Below, one piece after another: positions 17,147-26,654 of a DNA stretch of 63,786 bases. How positions within the stretch are numbered: the first letter of the stretch is position 1; each line of letters begins with the position of its first letter. The stretch spans positions 1 through 63,786 of the forward strand of contig CAYFUV010000010.1 of NCBI GenBank assembly GCA_964346435.1, read 5' to 3'. The translations under genes were made by a program, and so were the position numbers. The notes under the pieces are model-generated. The model was not told the DNA's origin. It did no database searches and saw only the letters and a program-made list of their open reading frames with translations. Source of the DNA: an uncultured Candidatus Bathyarchaeia archaeon (GTDB lineage: Archaea > Thermoproteota > Bathyarchaeia > 40CM-2-53-6 > RBG-13-38-9).

Positions 17147-18478
17147 TTATGATCCATAAACTATCTTAATTTTTTCTAACCACTCATCAAATCCTTCTCG
17201 ATCAGGATAATTTTCGTATAGTCCTTTAATCCGCCTCATTTTGTCTGCAGTTTTTCTTAAATTAATTAACAAATCTATTTTTCCTAGCCCTTTAAAGACT
17301 CTCTCTGCTTTTTGAGTGATACTTAATTTTAACTCGCCTTTCAAACTCGATTCCAATACGTCCTCGGGTTTTATTATCTTATGCCTCATCCCATAATTTA
17401 ACTCATCATCATTTGTTGATTGTAAAAGTATTCTGAAAATGTCTAAGCCCGCTTGTTTTGCACCATACGCCTTCATATATCTTATATTATACTCCCATAA
17501 CTCTTCTATTGATGGAGAGCCTTTTGACAGCGCCATTATTGCAACCTCTGCGGCTAATCTCCCACTCAACATTGATGGACCTATCCCGCCTCCGTGAATA
17601 GGATTCACTAAACAGGCCGCATCTCCTGAAAGCATTAAACCATTTGAAACCAATGAATCTAATGGTCTGCGAGCGGATACAAAACCTCCGCCCGAATCTA
17701 ATGGGATGGATTTTTCAAAGATCTTTTTTGATAGGACACTTTTGTATAGTCGATCTTTCGGATTGGGGTGATTCTCTTTAGCCTGTACTCCTATGCCAAC
17801 ATTGACTTTTCCATTAGATTTTGGGAAAATCCAACAATATCCGCCAGGGGCAATATTTTGCGTTAGAAATATTTCGCAATATTCTGATTCGAAGTCAACA
17901 TTCTCCCTTATTTCCCTGAAACAAGACATAAAATCCTGTCTTTGAATGAAATTTTCAATAATAGAAGCTGGTGGAAGTTTTTTTCTGATTACGGCTGAGA
18001 ATCCGCTTGCATCTATCGTTACTTTGGATTGAATTTTTTCTGTATTCCCATTTTTTAAATTGGTAGCAATTACACCTCTAACAAAGTTATTTGAAAAAAT
18101 TGGTTCTTTTGCTAGAATATTATCATGAAATGTTAGCCCACTATCAAGAGCATTTTTCAATAACCTTTGCCCGAATAAATGCCTATTTATTCCAAATCCA
18201 GATACCCCTTCTCCCTCGATTTTAAAGACTGTTTGTAAATCTGGTGAGTAAACCTTGACGCCTTTAATTTCACGATCAAACTCTTGTCCTGAGGGATAAC
18301 TGATATTTAGAGAATCGAAATGGTGTTTGCCTATTGCGTCTCCACATATTTTATCACCAATTTTTTTCTCAGGTTTGCAATCTATAAGGCAGACATCAAC
18401 TCCCTCTTTTGCAGCAGTTTTGGCTGCTATACATCCAGAGCTTCCTGCGCCGATTATTAATAAATCATAAATTGGCAT
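17147..18478 (-). CDS. geranylgeranyl reductase family flavoprotein (digeranylgeranylglycerophospholipid reductase-like)
   Basis: FAD motif YDLLIIGAGSSGCIAA. I place the start at the internal ATG at 18478 (the ORF extends to 18571). LMLSGDAACLVNPIHGGGI is typical of the family. Confidence 0.85.
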   Translation of the reverse strand: MPIYDLLIIGAGSSGCIAAKTAAKEGVDVCLIDCKPEKKIGDKICGDAIGKHHFDSLNISYPSGQEFDREIKGVKVYSPDLQTVFKIEGEGVSGFGINRHLFGQRLLKNALDSGLTFHDNILAKEPIFSNNFVRGVIATNLKNGNTEKIQSKVTIDASGFSAVIRKKLPPASIIENFIQRQDFMSCFREIRENVDFESEYCEIFLTQNIAPGGYCWIFPKSNGKVNVGIGVQAKENHPNPKDRLYKSVLSKKIFEKSIPLDSGGGFVSARRPLDSLVSNGLMLSGDAACLVNPIHGGGIGPSMLSGRLAAEVAIMALSKGSPSIEELWEYNIRYMKAYGAKQAGLDIFRILLQSTNDDELNYGMRHKIIKPEDVLESSLKGELKLSITQKAERVFKGLGKIDLLINLRKTADKMRRIKGLYENYPDREGFDEWLEKIKIVYGS

Positions 18479-18577
18479 ACACCATTCTCTCGTCTTCCGA
18501 CTTAAATTATTTCTCTTTAGGAAGACTATAATGCCTAATATAGCAATTTTAGTGCGAGTCTGCTTACACAATAAGCA

Positions 18578-18587
18578 CTAGCGCTAG
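18578..18587. promoter_or_regulatory. perfect 10-bp palindrome CTAGCGCTAG followed by TTAAATTTTAAAAAA, upstream of the SOR gene
   Basis: Read directly; lies in the divergent spacer between the geranylgeranyl reductase and SOR genes, 37-43 nt from the SOR start codons. Confidence 0.35.
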
Positions 18588-18623
18588 ACTTAAATTTTAA
18601 AAAAATTATTATAAGATGGTGTT

Positions 18624-19001
18624 GTGAAAATGTCCGACAAATGTAAAGAAGACCTTTTCTGTGGTGTAAATCGAGCTAAAAGTTCAGATCAAAATGAAAT
18701 GAGTGATTTGGAAAAGAAACATACGCCTGTAATTGGAGTATCAGGAACGCCAAAAGAAGGAGAGCTATTTGAAGTTACGGTGGAAGTTGGGAAATACATG
18801 AAACATCCTAATGAACATGTTCATTTTATTCAATGGATTGAATTATTTAGCGGCGATACCTTTCTGGGTAGGATTGATTTTACTTCAGAGCGAACTGAAC
18901 CTAAGGCTGTTTTTTCCGTGAAGCTGGACCACCTGCATGGGTTAAGAGCCTTAACTCACTGTAATATGCATGGGACTTGGGAAGGATCTAAAGAACTTTG
19001 A
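18624..19001 (+). CDS. sor: superoxide reductase (1Fe-SOR / desulfoferrodoxin ferrous-iron-binding domain)
   Basis: EKKHTPVI...HPNEHVHFIQWIEL...CNMHGTW ligand pattern (His4 + Cys). Confidence 0.8.
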   Translation: MKMSDKCKEDLFCGVNRAKSSDQNEMSDLEKKHTPVIGVSGTPKEGELFEVTVEVGKYMKHPNEHVHFIQWIELFSGDTFLGRIDFTSERTEPKAVFSVKLDHLHGLRALTHCNMHGTWEGSKEL

Positions 19002-19025
19002 TTTAATAATCAAACGCCCCCCCGT

Positions 19026-19733
19026 TCAACGAACTCCCATGCAAAGTTTTTCAAAACCCTCATGCTCTAAAAGCTCTTGTGCTCCACCTTGAAAGGCAAC
19101 TTTTCCGCTTATGAGTACATAGGCATTATCGCCTACTTTTAGGGCCCTTCGAATATCCTGCTCTACCAAAACCAATGATAACCCGAGATCGTCTCTAAGG
19201 GAAACTATTCTATCAAACATTTCTTCAGTTAATTTTGGTGAAAGCTGGGCAGTAGGTTCATCGAGCAAAAGAAGACCTGTCTTTCTGATTAATGCTGTGG
19301 ATATAGCCAAAAATTGTCTTTCTCCTCCACTCAAAGTGCCAGCTTTCCTCTTCATGAAGTTCTTAAGCTCAGGAAAAACTCCTAAAGCAAGATCGAGTCC
19401 ATCTAAATATGAAGATTCATTAAGGGCGTAACCTGCAATTTTTAGATTCTCCTCAACAGAAAGGTTAGTAAAAATATTTTCTACCTGAGGTAAATACGCC
19501 ATCCCCATTCTAGCTTTTTTATGTGGGGGAACTTTAGTAATATCTTTCCCGTTTAGTAGAACCTCGCCTGAGTGGATAGTTGCATTACCAAAAATTGCTT
19601 TGAGGAGAGTGCTTTTTCCACTGCCATTAGGACCGACAACGGTCGTTATTTTTCGATCAGAGGCCTTAAATTCAACATCGAATAATACATGGAGTTCTTC
19701 ATATCCAGCATTAAGATTCTTGACGTGAAGCAC
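19026..19733 (-). CDS. livF: branched-chain amino acid ABC transporter ATP-binding protein (LivF-like)
   Basis: Walker A GPNGSGKST, signature LSGGERQ, Walker B LLLLDEP. Confidence 0.9.
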   Translation of the reverse strand: MLHVKNLNAGYEELHVLFDVEFKASDRKITTVVGPNGSGKSTLLKAIFGNATIHSGEVLLNGKDITKVPPHKKARMGMAYLPQVENIFTNLSVEENLKIAGYALNESSYLDGLDLALGVFPELKNFMKRKAGTLSGGERQFLAISTALIRKTGLLLLDEPTAQLSPKLTEEMFDRIVSLRDDLGLSLVLVEQDIRRALKVGDNAYVLISGKVAFQGGAQELLEHEGFEKLCMGVR

Positions 19734-20478
19734 TTAGATACACCTCCACTACTTCTGGATTGTTAAGAATTTCCTCCTCCTGCCCCTCTGCTATGAGCTT
19801 TCCAGCCGCCATGACATAGACGTAATCAACATACTTCAAAATAATATCGAGTCTATGTTCCACTAGTAAAAAGGATATACCCCTCTTCCTTAGCTCAACT
19901 AACCGTTTTAGTATTGAATGGGCAAGATTAGGGTTTATGCCTGCTACTGGCTCGTCCATGATTATTAGCTTTGCATTTCGCATGAGCGCCCTCCCTAATT
20001 CTAACAACTTCAATTGTCCTCCACTAAGCTTGTAGGATTCCATGTCCCATAGATGATCTAATTTCAAAAATTCTAGAAACTGAAATGCTTTCTCAGATAA
20101 CTCCTTTTCATTTTTGAACCAAGAGGTGCCCAGGCTACCGATAATTCCCTCGCCAGGGCTTTCGTCCGCCATCATAAGGTTTTCTAGAACAGTAAGCATT
20201 TTCAGTGGCTGGGGTATCTGGAAAGTTCTAATCAACCCCAAATCGTAGATCTCATGAGGCGACCTATTTGTGATATCTTCCCCTTCAAGGATGACCTTGC
20301 CGCCATCGGATTTGTAGAATCCTGAGATAGTATTTATTAATGTGCTTTTGCCGCTACCATTCGGCCCTATGACCAACGTTAGGCGATTTTCTTGTACTTC
20401 TAAACTAACTCTATCTACGGCCTTTAGACCATAAAAAAATTTAGAGAGGTTTATGGTTCTAAGTAAAGCTACTGCCAT
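19711..20478 (-). CDS. livG: branched-chain amino acid ABC transporter ATP-binding protein (LivG-like)
   Basis: GPNGSGKSTLIN, LSGGQLKLLELGRAL, IIMDEP. Confidence 0.9.
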   Translation of the reverse strand: MAVALLRTINLSKFFYGLKAVDRVSLEVQENRLTLVIGPNGSGKSTLINTISGFYKSDGGKVILEGEDITNRSPHEIYDLGLIRTFQIPQPLKMLTVLENLMMADESPGEGIIGSLGTSWFKNEKELSEKAFQFLEFLKLDHLWDMESYKLSGGQLKLLELGRALMRNAKLIIMDEPVAGINPNLAHSILKRLVELRKRGISFLLVEHRLDIILKYVDYVYVMAAGKLIAEGQEEEILNNPEVVEVYLSASRQES

Positions 20479-21731
20479 TCGATCTCGTTCGCCTCAGAAT
20501 CCCAAAGGCCTTTCTGGATCCACTCACCTTTCTCGACAGCCCAGATAGCATAATTTCCAGAGGCTCGATCGTTGTATTCATCAAGAACTATATAACCGCT
20601 TACTGTATTGACCCCATACTCGCCTCTGCTATAATTTACTGTTACGAGTGGTATGGTCCTTGCCATTTCATCTGGATCATACTTCCCTAATTTATCATAA
20701 ACTTGAGCGAAACTAAGGGCAATGACCCATTCTGCATCGTAGCCGTTCAAAGCGTATTGGAATATATCCCTGTTGTATCTTTCGTTGTACGTTGCGAAGA
20801 GTTTATCGAAACTTGGGCCTTTCGAGTCAAACAATGTGCTATACATGCCGACCTTATTAACTTTATCTGGAATCTCAGTTATCCTCCTACTCTTGGCAGT
20901 ACCGTCACACCCAATCCACTTGACATCGAAGAGAATCGAATCAGTATCAATTTGAGAAAGCATTGTATAAACTTCTTCATAGCTGAAAGCTACAACTGCA
21001 ACCTCAGAACTATCATAATTCTGAAGAAGGTCTTCGATAGCTCCTTCCATGATTGCAATATATGGCGTGAAGTCAGCGGGTGGCGGATCTGGATATTCGA
21101 TCGATTCTTTGACCTCGATTCCTTGTGCCTCGAATTTGGAGGTGCCCCAGTCATTGAGTCCTTTTCCCCATGCGTTTCCTATGAAAGCTATTACTACCCT
21201 TTTTATTCCGAGATCAGAAGCTTCCTTGGCTATCGCTTCTGTCTGGAACGGATCGGTAGCAACGAATCTAAAGATGTATTTTTTCTCCTCCGGTTTTGTA
21301 ACTCCGAGAAGATCGGGTGCAGCTGTTGAGGATGGTGATATGATTATCATCTTGTTTGCAGTTACGTAATCCGAAATTTGCTTTACTTCACCACTGCCCA
21401 TAGGTCCTACTATAAGCGTAACTCCTCTTCCATGGAGAGCTTGTATCTTGTCAAGTGCAATTTTTGGATCTACTCTCGTGTCCTCAACGAATAATTTAAC
21501 TCTATATGGCATTCCGTTATCTGCAAAGTAAGCGTTTATATCTTCAGCGCTTATTCCACAGGCATCCCGGATATCCTCGCCATAAGTTGTTAACGGTCCC
21601 GAGATGTCAACTAATATGCCGATGTTTATCTCGACCTCTCCGACCTTCTGAAGTCGTTGAGGTGTATAAACTACAATTGCTGCGATGACGATGATGGCAA
21701 TTATTAATATGGCTATTTTTTTAGAATCCAT
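20469..21731 (-). CDS. Liv-type (type 1 periplasmic-binding fold) substrate-binding protein, N-terminally membrane-anchored
   Basis: 420 aa; N-terminal TM IAILIIAIIVIAAIVVY then a PBP1 fold. Operonic with livG/livF and divergent from livH/livM. Confidence 0.85.
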   Translation of the reverse strand: MDSKKIAILIIAIIVIAAIVVYTPQRLQKVGEVEINIGILVDISGPLTTYGEDIRDACGISAEDINAYFADNGMPYRVKLFVEDTRVDPKIALDKIQALHGRGVTLIVGPMGSGEVKQISDYVTANKMIIISPSSTAAPDLLGVTKPEEKKYIFRFVATDPFQTEAIAKEASDLGIKRVVIAFIGNAWGKGLNDWGTSKFEAQGIEVKESIEYPDPPPADFTPYIAIMEGAIEDLLQNYDSSEVAVVAFSYEEVYTMLSQIDTDSILFDVKWIGCDGTAKSRRITEIPDKVNKVGMYSTLFDSKGPSFDKLFATYNERYNRDIFQYALNGYDAEWVIALSFAQVYDKLGKYDPDEMARTIPLVTVNYSRGEYGVNTVSGYIVLDEYNDRASGNYAIWAVEKGEWIQKGLWDSEANEIEWQ

Positions 21732-21784
21732 AACCTTAAGATTATATATGTGATCTAAAAAATCTTTCTATGATGTGATAGATC

Positions 21785-22693
21785 ATGGCGGTGCTTGAAG
21801 GAGCTATAATCTACTCCAACCTTCTTGTTCTATTGAGCATTGGATTGACTATGACTTACGTTACCACAGGAGTCCCTAATTTCGCACAAGGCTCCCTTGC
21901 GATCTTTGGGTCCTATGTCTCTCTCAGCCTTTTGTATCTCTATGACATCCATCCCTACTATTCATTATTGATATCTTTTATCTTGGGAGGAACTCTCGGA
22001 ACAGCATTCTATACGGTGATCCTTAAGCCGTTGATAGCTCGAGGAGCTAGGATAGTGATATTGATGGTTGCTACTCTAGCAGCTGATTTGATAATGTTGG
22101 GATGTCTTGGAGCATACTCAGATTATTTGGGATCTATCACTAATAGAACTGCGAAGAAATTCATTTTTACACCTTATGATTTCGAACTGTTTGGCAGTTC
22201 AGCCATATTTATAGTCTCATCACTCGTGATAGCAACAATGCTTTTATCACTTTTTCTATTGCTTTACAAAACTAAATTTGGAATAGCTCTGAGGGCATCA
22301 ATGGAGAGTCCATTCTTAGCCGAAATAATGGGCGTTGATGTTGAGAATTCCAGAATATTCTCTTGGTTAATCTCAGGTGCTTTGGCAGCTGTTGCAGGCA
22401 GTCTACTTCCATTTAGACAAGAGATAGTTCCTGCCAGCGGGGCCATAATTATAGTCTCAATATTCGCAGCTAGTATTATTGGAGGATTGGCCAGCATCTA
22501 TGGCGCCCTAGTTGGTGGCTATGTAATAGGCATGTCAGAATCTCTTGTCACATTCGAGCTTGCATCTATATTTGGTTCAGGCGTATTGCTATATGCGAAG
22601 GTTATATCGCTAACCATATTAATTTTGATGCTCGTACTGGCTCCGAAAGGCATAACAGGTATTAACTGGAGGCGTTTGTTTTGGAGTACCTAG
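21785..22693 (+). CDS. livH: branched-chain amino acid ABC transporter permease (LivH-like)
   Basis: 302 aa polytopic; PNFAQGSLAIFGSY motif. Confidence 0.9.
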   Translation: MAVLEGAIIYSNLLVLLSIGLTMTYVTTGVPNFAQGSLAIFGSYVSLSLLYLYDIHPYYSLLISFILGGTLGTAFYTVILKPLIARGARIVILMVATLAADLIMLGCLGAYSDYLGSITNRTAKKFIFTPYDFELFGSSAIFIVSSLVIATMLLSLFLLLYKTKFGIALRASMESPFLAEIMGVDVENSRIFSWLISGALAAVAGSLLPFRQEIVPASGAIIIVSIFAASIIGGLASIYGALVGGYVIGMSESLVTFELASIFGSGVLLYAKVISLTILILMLVLAPKGITGINWRRLFWST

Positions 22694-23721
22694 CTCTGAA
22701 TATAATTCTTTGGTTTGCATTATTCGCCATAGTGGCTTTAAGCCTTAACATTGAATATGGCTATGGGGGCATACCGAACTTTGGTAGAGCCTTGGCGGTA
22801 CTAATGGGAGGATTTGCAGTAGGAGGTATAATGAATCGTATAATAATACGCTCCTTTGGTGTGGTTGGTGAAATAATTGAGGCTAGTGGAGAGGCCAAGA
22901 CAATAGCAAATGATGTTATAGTTCAAGAGCCTGTTATAGGCATATTAGTGCTTATTACTTCATTAGCTTTGGCAGCCATTATAGGAGGGGTATCAGGAGC
23001 CTTGTTTATCCTCCCAAGCGCAAAGTTATCAGAGGATTACTTGGCGATAACACTTTTAGCGATAAGCGAAGTTGCCGCTTTGGTTTCCTATTATAATGTG
23101 AGCTTGATTGGTGGATATTATGGAGTAACGACGCCTGATGTCCTGGCTTTCATTCCTGGGGAGTTTAGACTACTAGCATTCACCATAATAGCGCTAATAA
23201 TAGCTGTTGGAGTATACTTAATTTCTGAGAAACTTCTTAACTCGCCTTATGGAAGAGTTCTAAGATCGATTAGAGAAAATGAAGATGTAGCTAGGGCCTA
23301 TGGAAAGAATGTCATGAAGATCAGGGTCAAAACAGTGGCTCTGGGGTCCTCGATAGCTGCATTGGCCGGTGCTCTCTATTCGCTCTATTCTGTTAATGTA
23401 ATCGCTACTAGCTTTGGTAGAGTTGAATGGACTTTCTATCCGATTCTGATGGTTCTCTTGGGAGGAGCTGGAAATAATTTGGGTGTCTTATTAGGCGCTT
23501 TTTCTTTTGTGGCAGCTAGGATCTTATTGATAACTTATAAATTCGAAATAACCTCGATGTTAGGGCTACCATTTGAGGCCGTATGGCTTGAGTACATCCT
23601 ATTCGGCGTTGTGATGATATTAATACTGACTTACAGGCCAAGGGGGCTATTGAGAGAGAAGCCAATATTTACTAAGCCAATAAGAATGGCAGTTGATGTT
23701 AGAAAAAAATCGGCTAAATAA
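22681..23721 (+). CDS. livM: branched-chain amino acid ABC transporter permease (LivM-like)
   Basis: 346 aa polytopic; SIRENEDVARAYGKNV motif. Confidence 0.9.
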   Translation: MEYLALNIILWFALFAIVALSLNIEYGYGGIPNFGRALAVLMGGFAVGGIMNRIIIRSFGVVGEIIEASGEAKTIANDVIVQEPVIGILVLITSLALAAIIGGVSGALFILPSAKLSEDYLAITLLAISEVAALVSYYNVSLIGGYYGVTTPDVLAFIPGEFRLLAFTIIALIIAVGVYLISEKLLNSPYGRVLRSIRENEDVARAYGKNVMKIRVKTVALGSSIAALAGALYSLYSVNVIATSFGRVEWTFYPILMVLLGGAGNNLGVLLGAFSFVAARILLITYKFEITSMLGLPFEAVWLEYILFGVVMILILTYRPRGLLREKPIFTKPIRMAVDVRKKSAK

Positions 23722-23738
23722 ATATATAGGCACAAGTT

Positions 23739-23996
23739 TTAGATTTTCTTAAATTCAACTAAATAATTTTCAGAATCAATCTGTTCTATGTTTTTGATAG
23801 TTATTTTTAGTCCAACATTTTCGGCCTCGATGATAAAGTCCTCGAAATAATCTACTAGTCCACAACTTTCACAAAATGTTCCGCTAAATCGGATTAAGGC
23901 TTTATCATCATCGGTCTTAACCAAATTTGCTATTGCCTCAGGACTTCTCATTCTATTATATTCACTGATCAAACTTGAGATTAATTTAGTATTCAT
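23739..23996 (-). CDS. small hypothetical protein (85 aa) with CxxC
   Basis: ORF with FCESCGL; no family recognised. Confidence 0.45.
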   Translation of the reverse strand: MNTKLISSLISEYNRMRSPEAIANLVKTDDDKALIRFSGTFCESCGLVDYFEDFIIEAENVGLKITIKNIEQIDSENYLVEFKKI

Positions 23997-24048
23997 TTTT
24001 TGTGCCGCTCATTTTAAAATAAATATGATTAGCATTCTCGGTTAAATA

Positions 24049-24531
24049 CTATAGAAGTTCATTCGAAGCCATTGTGATAGCCTCTTCAACTGAATTTGCA
24101 GATTCTACCTTCTTTCCATCAATAACGGATCCCGCCATTTTTTCGGCAACGCCGCCCGAGGATCTAATCGCTATCACTTTTTTACCAGCCTTTAATGCTA
24201 GTCCAACCTCTGAAAGGGTCCCAGCGCCTCCATGAACTGCAATTACAACATCTGCAGATCTCACGTTAATCACGTTTCTTCCATCTCCCATGTTAGTGAC
24301 TATTCTAATATCGACGTATGGGTTTGCCTCTTTTTCCAGCCCGGGTAGAATTCCCACCGTTAAGCCCCCATTTTTCTTTGCGCCTTTACAGGCTGCTTCC
24401 ATCACTCCTCCTCTTCCACCTGTAATAAGTATAGCTCCGATACGGGCGATACCTCTCCCCAACTCTTCAGCCATTTCATGGACTATTGGGGAAATTGGAG
24501 CGTCGCTCCCAATAACAGATACCTGCTTCAT
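24049..24531 (-). CDS. TIGR00725-type LOG/SLOG-like Rossmann protein
   Basis: ITGGRGGVMEAACKGAKKNGGLTVGILPG...VHGGAGTLSEVGLAL. Confidence 0.75.
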   Translation of the reverse strand: MKQVSVIGSDAPISPIVHEMAEELGRGIARIGAILITGGRGGVMEAACKGAKKNGGLTVGILPGLEKEANPYVDIRIVTNMGDGRNVINVRSADVVIAVHGGAGTLSEVGLALKAGKKVIAIRSSGGVAEKMAGSVIDGKKVESANSVEEAITMASNELL

Positions 24532-24603
24532 ATCTTTAACCCTCTCAATTTATTCTAAACATCGATAATATGTAGGTTTATAACTCTTCATTCATAACAC
24601 GAG

Positions 24604-25503
24604 TCATATCTTCCTCAGCCTTGGATTAAATATCTCGTCCAATCCTTGACTTATGGCTGTAAAGGCCAAAATTGTAATGATTATGCATATTCCTGGGGGT
24701 AGAAAATACCAGTAGGCCCCGATCGTGAATGCTCCAAATTTGAATGCGAAGAATAGGATTGAACCCCAACTAATCTGAGAGAGGTCTCCTAATCCTAAAA
24801 AGCTTAAGAAAGCTTCAGCCGTTATGGCTAAAACAATGCTTAATATGAATTGTGCTCCTAGAAGAGGTAAAACCTCTGGAAGAATATATCTTCTAAGTAT
24901 GCGACCATCGGTACAACCAATAGTTTGGGCCCTATAAACAAAAGCCCTCTCCCTTACTGAGAGTGTCTGGGATCTTACTATTCTTGCAGTCTGAGTCCAG
25001 CCCGTTAATCCGATCGCCAATGCAACATTCCAAATGCTCGGTTTTAGGGTTGCTGCAAGTACGATCATTAGTGGAACGGTTGGTAAAACGAGGAAGATGT
25101 CAGTTATTCTCATTAAAAACTCTCCTTTAAGACCTCTGTAGAATCCAGAGACCAATCCGACTAATGTGCCCAGACCGACAGCTGTGAGAGCTGCTAATAG
25201 GCCGATCAGGAGTGACGTTCTAGTTCCATAAATTATTAAGCTCATTAGGTCTTTCCCCTCATCATCAGTTCCTAAAGGATGTTTGAGGCTGGGAGGACTA
25301 TAGTGGGTTTCTGGCGGTCCACGTATTTGTGGATCATAAGGGCTGAAGATACTGGGGAAGATAGATATGATAAATAACCCAGTAATGATTAAGAGACCGA
25401 TTAACGCGATTTTATTCTGAATGAATAGGGACCAGTTTTCAAGGAATCTTTCTCTAGTGATCTGAATTCTTTTCAAGAGTGTGTTGTAGTTATCATCCTT
25501 CAA
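24604..25503 (-). CDS. oligopeptide/dipeptide ABC transporter permease (OppC/DppC-like)
   Basis: 299 aa polytopic; EAA-loop region ERAFVYRAQTIGCTDGRILRRYILP. Confidence 0.9.
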   Translation of the reverse strand: MKDDNYNTLLKRIQITRERFLENWSLFIQNKIALIGLLIITGLFIISIFPSIFSPYDPQIRGPPETHYSPPSLKHPLGTDDEGKDLMSLIIYGTRTSLLIGLLAALTAVGLGTLVGLVSGFYRGLKGEFLMRITDIFLVLPTVPLMIVLAATLKPSIWNVALAIGLTGWTQTARIVRSQTLSVRERAFVYRAQTIGCTDGRILRRYILPEVLPLLGAQFILSIVLAITAEAFLSFLGLGDLSQISWGSILFFAFKFGAFTIGAYWYFLPPGICIIITILAFTAISQGLDEIFNPRLRKI

Positions 25504-26477
25504 TATCTGACCCTCGGGTCTAGGACCGCATACAATATATCTGCAACAAAATTTGCGAGTATCATAAATATGGCGAAGAAAACAAAAGTTCCTTGGAGAA
25601 TCGGAAAGTCTCTATAAAAGATAGATTCGAATACAAGTCGTCCAACTCCTGGCCAGTTAAAGACCGTTTCAATAGATATCGTCCCAAGAACCACCCATCC
25701 AATATTGATGGCAACAATAGATATAGTGGGAAGAGCAGCATTTTTTAGCGCATGACTTTTTAGAATCTGTAAGTCTGTTAATCCCTTTGCTTTTGCGGTT
25801 AAAATGTAATCTTCAGTCATTACGCCTGTTAGCGTATTTCTCATAATCAAAGCATATTGACCAGCAAAACCTAGGGAATATGTCAGTAAAGGCAGCATTA
25901 GATGTCTCAAAAAATCAGCTAACCTAGTAAGATCATCAGCGTCTGCGAGTCTGGCGCTTAACATGCCTCCGGTAGGGAATATCGGAATATTGATCGCCAG
26001 AATGTAGATAAGGACCATTCCTATCCAGAATGATGGCATCGAGTAGAACAAAAGAGAGAATATTATAGCAGCGCGGTCTTGCTTCTTTCCTCGAAACCAT
26101 CCAGCAACAACTCCTAAAGCCAGTCCTAATAGAATCGATAAAAAAGTACCAGTTCCCACTAGGATCAGTGTGTTTACGAGCCTATTGAAGAAGAGTTCGG
26201 TAACTGGGATTCTGTAAAAGAAAGATGTACCAAAATCGAAGCGTATGATGTTCCATAGGTAGATGAAATATTGTTGGTAGAGCGGACGATCTAATCCAAA
26301 TGTAATCCTTAATCCCTCAATCTCTTCGGCTGTTAAGCTCTGAGCACCTAGTCTAATTAGAAGTGCCACTGGATCGCCTGGGACAATGCGGAAAAGAAAA
26401 AAAACTATGGTTAAAGCGGCAAAAAAGGTTGCAATCGATTGTAATGCTCTTGAGAGCAAATATGCTTTTAATTCCAA
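25500..26477 (-). CDS. oligopeptide/dipeptide ABC transporter permease (OppB/DppB-like)
   Basis: 325 aa; EDYILTAKAKGL motif; 4-nt overlap with the downstream permease. Confidence 0.9.
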   Translation of the reverse strand: MELKAYLLSRALQSIATFFAALTIVFFLFRIVPGDPVALLIRLGAQSLTAEEIEGLRITFGLDRPLYQQYFIYLWNIIRFDFGTSFFYRIPVTELFFNRLVNTLILVGTGTFLSILLGLALGVVAGWFRGKKQDRAAIIFSLLFYSMPSFWIGMVLIYILAINIPIFPTGGMLSARLADADDLTRLADFLRHLMLPLLTYSLGFAGQYALIMRNTLTGVMTEDYILTAKAKGLTDLQILKSHALKNAALPTISIVAINIGWVVLGTISIETVFNWPGVGRLVFESIFYRDFPILQGTFVFFAIFMILANFVADILYAVLDPRVRY

Positions 26478-26654
26478 ATATTCAACCTTTTTTCTTGTGT
26501 TGTTGATCTTGCTAATTATATTAAGCTTTGACGAAATATAAAATGGACAGTGTAAACTTTTTTTGATAATGCTGTGAACTTATGTTTAATTAAAAAAAAA
26601 GATTATTGATCGGAAAAATTATATAACTAAGAAAAAAAATTAGATCATATTCCT

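Noticed and set aside
20703-21329. 208-aa ORF on the plus strand, with similar long antisense ORFs at 5670-6278, 3532-3849, 7577-7897, 12609-12950, 30541-30903 and 11526-11882
   Set aside because: Each lies entirely antisense to a gene with strong family motifs (Liv binding protein, Fe-ADH, ACD, RpiA, corrinoid protein, ATP-grasp, MtaA-like). Their translations are low-complexity and lack recognisable domains. They are shadow ORFs typical of biased composition.
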